Assembly (NCBI GenBank): GCA_047920975.1
Contig: JBLRXC010000004.1
Coordinates: forward strand, 1 to 59,519
Direction of reading: 5' to 3'
From: Bacteroidales bacterium
GTDB lineage: Bacteria > Bacteroidota > Bacteroidia > Bacteroidales > JAADJA01
Length of the DNA stretch: 59,519 nucleotides
Position 1 is the first letter of the stretch, and each line of letters opens with the position of its first letter. A program made the position numbers and the translations under genes. A model generated the notes under the pieces. The model was not told the DNA's origin. It saw only the letters and a program-made list of their open reading frames with translations, and ran no database searches. This document shows, in pieces, positions 49,401 through 56,563 of this stretch.

Positions 49401-49621
49401 ACCTGAAAACTGACTTTGTCAGGTTCAAACCACACATGCCTGACCATTGGCGTTCAATCAGTTTCAAATTTGAATTCAAAAAAGTCAGCTACCATTGTAT
49501 TGTAACCCATCGTTACGTGAGGATCGTGCAAACCAATCCATCCGGAAAAGAGGTGTTTGCAGAGATCAATGGGCGGTTTGAAACATTGAAAAACGGAATT
49601 GCCGGCGAATTCAATTATTAA
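46472..49621 (+). CDS. Fusion of a beta-phosphoglucomutase-like HAD domain and a GH65 phosphorylase (trehalose-6-phosphate phosphorylase-like)
   Basis: HAD: FDLDGVIT, ASSSKN, GKPEPDIF, VEDAVSG. GH65: GNGYFGTRG, ARGLHGEAYRGHIFWDE, GPDEFHE, KQADT, TSHGSTLS. Confidence 0.9.
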   Translation: MSQNNFEAVIFDLDGVITKTALVHSAAWKKMFDEYLIDREKKYKEPFREFLHETDYLPYVDGKPRYKGVESFLQSRGINIPFGTPEDEPGKETVCGLGNRKNQAFNQVLEKEGVEVYESTVELIRNLKSRGIRVGVASSSKNCRAVLERAGLLHLFETRVDGEVSAELGLKGKPEPDIFTVAADNLKASYDRAVVVEDAVSGVQAGRAGNFGLVLGIAREENEKELMVNGADIVVKDIEEIGLEGIENWFKGGLEKDNWSITYNDYIPEKEKTRETLLAIGNGYFGTRGALEETDAGENNYPGTYIAGLYNRLVSKVEDWDIENEDFVNCPNWLSIRFSIGPEEPVNFSRVRINHIERKLDIKTGLLTRNILIEDTHGRQTHIRSERFAGMDNPHLAAMRYEITPVNYSEKITVISGLNGDIINDGVARYRQLNQQHLRPSLTGHNGNLSWLSVETTHSAIEIAEEARLEVLYDNEKINPEFTFDEKPGAIYTEFEVPVEMGKTLTVEKVIALFTSMHWDTADPLNEAKEMIREAPGFQSLLVKSKLKWSEIWQKIDVRIEGDRLTQKLLRLHLYHLVISFSPHNVNIDASITARGLHGEAYRGHIFWDELFILPFYNIHFPEVVKAALLYRYKRLPEARKYAQQHGYNGAMFPWQSGSNGREETQVVHLNPLTGKWGNDYSSLQRHVSLAIAYNIWQYFHTSEDIRFMENYGAEMFFEICRFWASKSKFNEVTGRYEIKNVMGPDEFHESYPGAEDGGLKDNTYTNLMVAWLFRRASDLMEKTSAVRNTLMTKIGLTTDEVSHWKEIAGKVNIVIQDDILAQYDGYFELKELDWDHYREKYGNIYRMDRLLNAEGKSADEYKVAKQADTLQTFYNLDEKEVTEMLKELGYDLPENYLAKNLEYYLQRTSHGSTLSRVVHAQLANMISNKKLSWELYLDALTSDYADIQGGTTGEGIHAGVMAGTVLIALQSFAGLDLKTDFVRFKPHMPDHWRSISFKFEFKKVSYHCIVTHRYVRIVQTNPSGKEVFAEINGRFETLKNGIAGEFNY

Positions 49622-49652
49622 ATGTCAGTTCAATCGTTAAAAACATAAAACT

Positions 49653-50297
49653 ATGCTCGGAGATATTTTATTGATTCAGGATAAACACAAAGCCGCAGGA
49701 GAGATCATCATCGAAAAGATCCTCAAAAACAGGAAGGATAAGTTCATTCTCGCCATCTCGGGTGAATCCGGTTCAGGAAAAACCGAACTGGCTCACGTGA
49801 TCGCAAGGGGATTGCGCAGGCACAGCATCTTTGCCAAACCACTCCACACCGACAACTATTACATGACCGATCCACTCAAACGAAAAGCCTGGCGGGTGGA
49901 GCACGGGATCGAAAATGTGGTCGGATACAATGAATACGACTGGGATGCCATTCACAAAAACATGGACGATTTCAAAAATGGCCGCACATCCGAAATGCCT
50001 TGCGTTGACCTCGTCACCGAGCAGGTTGACCGCCTGATCACCGACTTCGGCAAGGTGGATATGCTGGTTATTGACGGCCTGTATGCCATCAGGGCCAACC
50101 TTGTTGACCTGCGCATCTTCATAGAACTCACCTACCTCGAAACCAAGGAAAAGCATACCAAAGATGCACGTGGCAAAGAGGTGATGGACGAAGTGCGCTG
50201 GGCTGTTCTCGGTCAGGAGCACAAAATGGTACAGTCGCTGAAACCGATGGCTGATCTATTGATCACAAAGGATTACAAGGTAGTAGAAGTAAAGTGA
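49653..50297 (+). CDS. Uridine kinase/phosphoribulokinase-like P-loop kinase, substrate unknown
   Basis: Walker A ISGESGSGKTE, HTDNYY, LVIDGLYA. Confidence 0.8.
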   Translation: MLGDILLIQDKHKAAGEIIIEKILKNRKDKFILAISGESGSGKTELAHVIARGLRRHSIFAKPLHTDNYYMTDPLKRKAWRVEHGIENVVGYNEYDWDAIHKNMDDFKNGRTSEMPCVDLVTEQVDRLITDFGKVDMLVIDGLYAIRANLVDLRIFIELTYLETKEKHTKDARGKEVMDEVRWAVLGQEHKMVQSLKPMADLLITKDYKVVEVK

Positions 50298-50325
50298 CCG
50301 TAGCCGGTTTGATAGAATCTCCGAT

Positions 50326-50585
50326 GAGATGACTTCGGTCGTTCCTGAACCCATTTGAGATAAATTTGGCATATTCAGGGATTGCTTCGGTCGTTCCTCC
50401 CTCGCAATGACGGGTTAATATGGTTTTTAAGGGGTTGAGGGGTCGGGCTTCGCCCGACCCCTCAACCCCCCTTTATTAACCCAAACCCAGTCATTGCGAG
50501 GAGCGGAAACCGCCAGGTTTCCGTGACGAAGCAATCTCACCTTTTCCTGAAGCCGTGGTTCCAGGTTTCCGTGACGAAGCAATCT
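50326..50585. repeat. Nested palindromic REP/MITE-like element
   Basis: 18-bp perfect hairpin at 50431-50469 inside paired arms GATTGCTTCG/CGAAGCAATC, CCTCGCAATGAC/GTCATTGCGAGG and GGGTTAATA/TATTAACCC, with partial duplications at both ends. Confidence 0.85.
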
Positions 50586-50797
50586 GTCTTTTCATGAAGC
50601 CGGGTTACCAGGTTTCCGGCACAAATCAATCTGACCAAAAAAATCCATCATCGTTTTACACCGGAATTTATTTCGGGCATAAAAACCTTTCAATAAGGAA
50701 GTTCCTGAAGAACATGTTTTTTACCGCACCCTCCTGCTGATTTATGCTAACTTTGTTTATTCATAGAAGAGATGAAATATTTAGTGAACAGATAAAG

Positions 50798-52096
50798 ATG
50801 ACATCTATCAAAACAAAATACCCGCCCTGGTTCAATCATCAAACCATTTATGAGGTAAATCTCCGGCAATATACCAAAAGCGGCACCATGATGGAATTTT
50901 CAGAGCACCTGCCACGGCTCAAGGATCTTGGCGTGGGGATCCTGTGGTTCATGCCCGTTCAACCCATTGGTAAAAAAAACAGAAAAGGCACCCTGGGAAG
51001 CTATTATTCAATCAGCAATTACAGGGAGATCAACCCTGAATTCGGCACGCTGGAGGATTTCAAATCGCTTGTTCAGAAGATACACAACCTGGATATGAAG
51101 GTGATCATTGACTGGGTAGCCAACCATACAGCCTGGGACCACCACTGGGTAAAAGAGCATCCTGAATTCTACTCTATAGAAGAAAACGGTAACTTCAGGC
51201 CGCCTTACCCTGATTGGGAGGATGTGATCCACCTGAATTACAACAATCCGGCGCTTTGGGATAAGATGATTGAGGCAATGGCATTTTGGGTCAGAGAGGC
51301 AGATGTTGATGGATTCCGCTGCGATATGGCACACCTGGTTCCGACGCTTTTTTGGAATTACGCCAGGTTTCAGCTTGAAAAGACAAAACCGCTTTATATG
51401 CTGGCCGAGTCGGACAACCATGACCTGCTTGCGTATGCATTCGATACCCTTTACAACTGGCACCTGCTGCATGCCATCAATGATGTGGCTGCCGGAAGGA
51501 TAACAGCCAATGGATTGTTAGATCTCTTCCGGGCGGGACTTGAACATCTGCCTGCCGGGGCCACCCAGCTCAATTTTACAACCAATCACGATGAAAACTC
51601 ATGGAAAGGATCAGCCATTGAGCGGTTGCATTACTACCTGGAACCGCTGACGGTGCTTGTTTTTATGTTGCCTGGCATTCCGCTTATTTACACTGGCCAG
51701 GAGGCTGGAAATTACCGGAGCCTGAAATTCTTTGACAAGGATGAGGTCGAATGGAAAGAGGATAAGATGAAACTCCTGTTTCAAAAACTATGCAAAGTCA
51801 GAAAGAAAAACATAGCGCTTTGGAACACAATAAATCAGGGTCAATTTCTTATCATCACAACAAACTATCCTGCAAAAATTGCTGCATTTAAAAGAGTCTG
51901 TGATAAAAACGAGGTTTTAGTGATTTGCAATCTAAATGATGAAGCAATAATAGTTGATCTGGATTTGGACCTGAATGAAGAACTATTCTATGACTGGTTT
52001 ACACAGGATTCTGTTACAGGTGATGAAGTCGCGACAGTTCATCTCAAACCATTTGGTTACAAGGTTTTTACTAAAAACCAAACGCACGCCGATTAA
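50798..52096 (+). CDS. GH13 alpha-amylase / maltodextrin hydrolase, cytoplasmic
   Basis: IYEVNLRQY, GSYYSI, DWVANHTAWDH, DGFRCDMAH, LAES, NHDENSW; no signal peptide; TAACTTTG at 50748-50755. Confidence 0.9.
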   Translation: MTSIKTKYPPWFNHQTIYEVNLRQYTKSGTMMEFSEHLPRLKDLGVGILWFMPVQPIGKKNRKGTLGSYYSISNYREINPEFGTLEDFKSLVQKIHNLDMKVIIDWVANHTAWDHHWVKEHPEFYSIEENGNFRPPYPDWEDVIHLNYNNPALWDKMIEAMAFWVREADVDGFRCDMAHLVPTLFWNYARFQLEKTKPLYMLAESDNHDLLAYAFDTLYNWHLLHAINDVAAGRITANGLLDLFRAGLEHLPAGATQLNFTTNHDENSWKGSAIERLHYYLEPLTVLVFMLPGIPLIYTGQEAGNYRSLKFFDKDEVEWKEDKMKLLFQKLCKVRKKNIALWNTINQGQFLIITTNYPAKIAAFKRVCDKNEVLVICNLNDEAIIVDLDLDLNEELFYDWFTQDSVTGDEVATVHLKPFGYKVFTKNQTHAD

Positions 52097-52172
52097 CTAA
52101 CTTTGTCAGCTATTATGCACAGCTATCAAACCTTAACAAACGCCAGATGTTTTTAGTACATAGTCCATAGCA

Positions 52173-52817
52173 ATGTCAATCATCGAAGCGCGGAATGAAA
52201 AAAGAACCATGTGGGTTGTCCTTCTGACAGCCGTAACCATGGTCATTGAAGTCATTTATGGGTTGACTACCAACTCAATGGCACTACTGGCAGATGGCAT
52301 ACACATGGGCTCACACGTTCTCGCCATAGGTCTGAGTTGGCTGGCTTACATCATTGTGAGAAAAGTTTCGAAAAAAGAGAGTTTCAAAGGTAATTCGGCT
52401 AAAATTCTATCCCTGTCAGGCTACACCAGCGGCCTGTTGTTGCTCATCTTTGCCCTTGTAATCGTGATTGAAGCCATCAAGCGCTTTATCAACCCGCTTG
52501 AGATCATTTACAGGGAGGCCATCCTGGTTGCATTCATAGGATTGATCGTGAATATCATCAGCGCGTTTTTATTGCATCACAAACGTGAACATTCCGACCA
52601 CAACATCAGGGCAGCCTATTTGCACGTTTTGGCCGATGCCCTCACGAGTGTTGCAGCCATATTAGGTTTAACAACCGCTATGATATGGGATCTTCCTTAC
52701 ATTGATACCATAGCGGCTGTTGTCAGTTCGGCAGTGATCGTCAGGTGGTCAGTCGCGCTCATGAAAGATTCGGGACGTGTACTCCTTGACATGGATAAAA
52801 ACGAATCTGACATCTGA
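52173..52817 (+). CDS. Cation diffusion facilitator (DmeF-like, lacking the C-terminal domain)
   Basis: SMALLADGIHMGSH, HSDHNIRAAYLHVLADALTS; six TMs. Confidence 0.88.
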   Translation: MSIIEARNEKRTMWVVLLTAVTMVIEVIYGLTTNSMALLADGIHMGSHVLAIGLSWLAYIIVRKVSKKESFKGNSAKILSLSGYTSGLLLLIFALVIVIEAIKRFINPLEIIYREAILVAFIGLIVNIISAFLLHHKREHSDHNIRAAYLHVLADALTSVAAILGLTTAMIWDLPYIDTIAAVVSSAVIVRWSVALMKDSGRVLLDMDKNESDI

Positions 52818-52931
52818 TCATGCAGCAATGAGGCGGTTCATCATTTTTCTTGCCAGTGAAGCATTGTTCTTCAAATGTATTTTGATAATTTTGTAAACAC
52901 TAAAAGATTTAATGAATTAATTATTCAGGAA

Positions 52932-53366
52932 ATGGCAACAATCAACACTTATCTTACTTTTAACGGCAACTGCGAAGAGGCATTTAATTTTTACAAATCA
53001 ATATTTGGCGGTGAATTCTCCTATTTTGGAAGATTCGGAGATATACCACCCGGTGAGGAAATGACTGTTCCTGACCATGAAAAGAATCTGGTCATGCATG
53101 TTTCACTTCCCATCAGTAAGGAGACCGCCCTGATGGGTAGTGACTCCACTGCAGATTCAGGCCCTGTCAGATTCGGGAATAACTTCTCTGTATCTATTGA
53201 CGCTGCGAGCAAGGAAGAAGCCGACAGGTTTTTTATCGGACTTTCAAAAGGAGGGACGGTTATCATGCCTATGCAGAACACCTTTTGGGGAGCATATTTC
53301 GGCATGTTTACCGATCAATTCGGCATCAACTGGATGGTAAATTTCGATATGCGGCAACCTGAATAA
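52932..53366 (+). CDS. VOC family PhnB-like protein
   Basis: YLTFNGNCEEAFNFYKSIFGG, VMHVSL, FWGAYFGMFTDQFGINWM. Confidence 0.9.
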   Translation: MATINTYLTFNGNCEEAFNFYKSIFGGEFSYFGRFGDIPPGEEMTVPDHEKNLVMHVSLPISKETALMGSDSTADSGPVRFGNNFSVSIDAASKEEADRFFIGLSKGGTVIMPMQNTFWGAYFGMFTDQFGINWMVNFDMRQPE

Positions 53367-53414
53367 AGGAATCCGGAATAACCTGTATTTATCACTTTAA
53401 TCCAAACATCTACG

Positions 53415-53876
53415 ATGATGATGAGAGAGATTTTGTTGTCTGCTGGTTTAATCCTGTCCATGAGTTTGTTTGGTCAATCGATAAACCCGGATTACGACTC
53501 TACCCTGACCCGGCAATATGGCGCTGATGATTATGGCATGAAAAGTTACATGCTGGTCATCTTGAAAACCGGGACAGCTACCATTGAAGATCGCCAGACG
53601 ATTGACAGCTTATTCGCCGGGCATCTCAAAAACATCAGGCTGCTGGCTGAATCGGGTAAGCTGGTTATTGCCGGTCCACTCGGAAAAAACCCTCACAGCT
53701 ACAGAGGAATATTCATTCTGGATGTCGCCGATGAGCATGAAGCAAGTGACATCCTGCAAACCGACCCGGCGATCATTGAAAAGCTATTAGAACCTGAAGT
53801 TTTTAAATGGTATGGTTCCGCAGCGCTTTCTGAATACATGAAGATACAGCATAAATTAGGAAAATTCCGTTTTTAG
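53415..53876 (+). CDS. Exported YciI-like protein
   Basis: Signal peptide, GADDYGMKSY, FAGHLKNI, GKLVIAGP, RGIFIL, TDPAI. Confidence 0.85.
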   Translation: MMMREILLSAGLILSMSLFGQSINPDYDSTLTRQYGADDYGMKSYMLVILKTGTATIEDRQTIDSLFAGHLKNIRLLAESGKLVIAGPLGKNPHSYRGIFILDVADEHEASDILQTDPAIIEKLLEPEVFKWYGSAALSEYMKIQHKLGKFRF

Positions 53877-54001
53877 GAAATCTTCCAATATAACCAAAAT
53901 AGATAATAAGCTCCGGCAATGCTTCAATGACCGGGACTTTTTTTGTTACTGACCACAGAGCCATCAGATTATGTAAAAGACCAGATCAGTGGTTGATATC
54001 T

Positions 54002-55453
54002 TTATCGCTTGATAATCTTAATATTTTCTACATGGTTACCCGATTCAACCCTGAGAAGGTATACTCCCCCGGAGATGTCCTGTAAATTCAGTTGTGCACC
54101 TGCACCATGGTTTGAATCAAGGTGTCCGGCCATGATGGATCTGCCTGCAAAATCCAAAATCTGATAATGCACAGGTGATTTTATGGTGAATGGATCAACC
54201 TGTATATTCAGATAGCTCCCGGCCGGGTTCGGATATATATGAACTGAAAATTGTTTGACCTCGCCTGCTGTAATTCCTGCAACATTCTCGTACCAGCTTT
54301 CCAGTTTGTGAACTTTTTCCCACCCTTTTCCCTCATCATAGTAAACTTCCAGGTACTCTACAGCTACATTGTTATTGGCATCATATTCATAATCAAAGCT
54401 GTAACCCCAGGTAAGGACCCATGCATCACCAGACCATTCTTCGTCGGTAATTAGGAGAATGTTGTAGAAACTATCGTACGTCCAGGTCGATTGCCAGTCA
54501 TTCACCCAGGATGTTCCGGACCAAATTTCAAACAGAAAAGACAAATGCATTTCCATGGAATTATAAGTTGCAGAGGCACGCTCATAGTTAACCCAATCAA
54601 CACCATTGTGCATCATGAAAGTATACGAAGCCCAGAGAAAAGCATCGAAATTGACCCAAACAATATCTTTGATCCGCAACTCAGGTAACCACTCCTCCTC
54701 CATTTCATCCCACAAAAAACCGAAAATCTCTGACCACTCGTTGTTAACATAGTGATATTCCTCAAAGTAATTATTGATCCAATCCTGCTCCACTGCATCC
54801 CAATATTTTTCTGTCATGGCCAGGAGTAACCCACTTTCGTCATACTCCATAATATTCTTCCATTCCGGATTCCAGTTCCCCCATGAGTAATAGGAATATA
54901 TAATGGAAAGGATACGGCCCTGCGCATCGTATTCATATACCATCTCCGAACCCCAGTCAAGCAGCCATTCTCCCAGATTCCAGACATAAAATCCATAAAA
55001 TACTTCATTTCCATAAATGTCAAATAACATAACCTCCTTCCAGTTATTCTCCCAACCCTTTTCAATGCTATCCCAGTATTGCTGCACCACAGTGGTGTCT
55101 CTTCCCTGGTCATCACGGAAATGAAGTTCGAGCTGAGAATTCTCAAATTCCCCGTCGACATAATCTTTTGTAAGGATTTCTGAAACCAGCACACTCCAGA
55201 CATACTCATAATGGAAGGTGGCTGCTGTATCATAACCTTCACCGTTAAAATAGTGGAGCATCTGATCTTTTACCACGAAGGTTTTTTTATAGCCCAACAT
55301 CTTCTTATCCGGGTTTCTCACTTCAGAGAACTTTTCTATTTTCCGGCCAGACTCTTTTTTTGTAAAAACCGGCTTTTCTGCTGCAGAAAGATGAAATGCG
55401 AAGACGCTTGTCAGCACCCATGCAACTGCACTAAAAAGGTAAGTTGTTTTCAT
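54002..55453 (-). CDS. T9SS cargo protein with Trp/Tyr/acidic beta-repeats
   Basis: Signal peptide; repeats such as YEYDAQGRILSIIYSYYSWGNW and YEYDANNN; CTD IYPNPA...GGVYLLRV...KIIKR; TATCTTTG on the minus strand at 55498-55505. Confidence 0.88.
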   Translation of the reverse strand: MKTTYLFSAVAWVLTSVFAFHLSAAEKPVFTKKESGRKIEKFSEVRNPDKKMLGYKKTFVVKDQMLHYFNGEGYDTAATFHYEYVWSVLVSEILTKDYVDGEFENSQLELHFRDDQGRDTTVVQQYWDSIEKGWENNWKEVMLFDIYGNEVFYGFYVWNLGEWLLDWGSEMVYEYDAQGRILSIIYSYYSWGNWNPEWKNIMEYDESGLLLAMTEKYWDAVEQDWINNYFEEYHYVNNEWSEIFGFLWDEMEEEWLPELRIKDIVWVNFDAFLWASYTFMMHNGVDWVNYERASATYNSMEMHLSFLFEIWSGTSWVNDWQSTWTYDSFYNILLITDEEWSGDAWVLTWGYSFDYEYDANNNVAVEYLEVYYDEGKGWEKVHKLESWYENVAGITAGEVKQFSVHIYPNPAGSYLNIQVDPFTIKSPVHYQILDFAGRSIMAGHLDSNHGAGAQLNLQDISGGVYLLRVESGNHVENIKIIKR

Positions 55454-55557
55454 AGTCTGTAATTTCTGTTAATGTTTATTAAACTTTAATTCAGCAGCAA
55501 AGATACTTTTGTTTCATCCTGATATCGTGAGAAAATTGTTTACTTTGTATAAAAAAA

Positions 55558-56370
55558 TTGAACAGATTTCTGACCTTTAGCTTTTTGTGGTGGAAACTTT
55601 TGCTGGCTCCCGGAGTTGGTGCTCAGTGCGATATAGATAGCCCAACCAGTTTTCTTCCGGGAGAGTTTGTCCGGTATGAAGTGGCCTACAATTGGGGCTA
55701 TCTTTGGGTAAATGCAGGTGAGGTCTATTTCAGGGCAGACACACTGACCTTTCAGCAAGTCCCCTGCTGGACCTTTGAAAGCTACGGAACATCTTACAAA
55801 TTCTACGATTGGCTGTTCAAAGTCAGAGATCATTTCCAGTCCAAAGTAACCATGGACTCCTTTCAACCCATATGGTTCCAACAAAACACCTATGAAGGAG
55901 GGTACACCGTCAATAACCGGTTCGACTTTGATCCCCTGAGAGGCCAGGTGATCGCAGCCGTTCAGAATTCAAACAAGCCATTGACCATCGATACGCTTAA
56001 CCTTCCTCCCTGCACATTTGATGTGCTTTCGGCTATTTATCATACCCGGAACCTCCGGTTCGACAGGCTGAATAAAGGCGAGAAGGTTCCGGTGAAGGTA
56101 ATCATCGACAATGAGTTTTTTGATCTGTATATTCGCTATCTCGGTAAAGAACCGGTTAAAACCCGGGATGGGAAAATATATGATTGTATTAAATTCAGCG
56201 CATTACTGGTAGACGGTACCATCTTCAAAGGTGGTGAAGATCTTTTTGTGTGGATTACCGATGACGAAAACAAAATTCCTGTTATGGCCGAGGCAAAAAT
56301 CCTCATCGGGTCTGTCAAGGCCTATCTGATTGAGTACCGGAACCTGAAGGAGGAGCTAAAATACAGATAG
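55558..56370 (+). CDS. DUF3108 domain protein
   Basis: FLPGEFVRYEVAYNWG, FKVRD, FDVLSAIY, VWITDDENKIPV, GSVKAYL. Confidence 0.85.
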   Translation: MNRFLTFSFLWWKLLLAPGVGAQCDIDSPTSFLPGEFVRYEVAYNWGYLWVNAGEVYFRADTLTFQQVPCWTFESYGTSYKFYDWLFKVRDHFQSKVTMDSFQPIWFQQNTYEGGYTVNNRFDFDPLRGQVIAAVQNSNKPLTIDTLNLPPCTFDVLSAIYHTRNLRFDRLNKGEKVPVKVIIDNEFFDLYIRYLGKEPVKTRDGKIYDCIKFSALLVDGTIFKGGEDLFVWITDDENKIPVMAEAKILIGSVKAYLIEYRNLKEELKYR

Positions 56371-56563
56371 ATCAACAGGTATTTAACTCCGGAGCTTTCA
56401 ATGCCGGAGTCTGTCATTTTCAAATTGATGCATTGACCTGTCTTCTTTTATCTCCACACTTAGGGTTATGAATGTATGATCCATGATTATTTAATATAAA
56501 TCCGGAAAAGATACGATTGGATTTCTATCTTTGCAGACCTCAAGAGTTCGAATTTATTTTCAA

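Noticed and set aside
48311-49447. 378-aa antisense ORF inside the GH65 gene
   Set aside because: It lies wholly opposite a well-conserved gene and has no recognisable motifs; codon bias on the coding strand explains the lack of stops.
50555-50740. 61-aa ORF after the palindromic element
   Set aside because: It starts inside the duplicated repeat arm and has no protein features.
13926-56563. Extended TTG or upstream starts in the ORF track (13926, 16667, 24176, 28481, 50744, 56531)
   Set aside because: They overlap, precede or sit within a few bases of TAnnTTTG promoter motifs; downstream ATG/GTG starts fit the family N-termini better.
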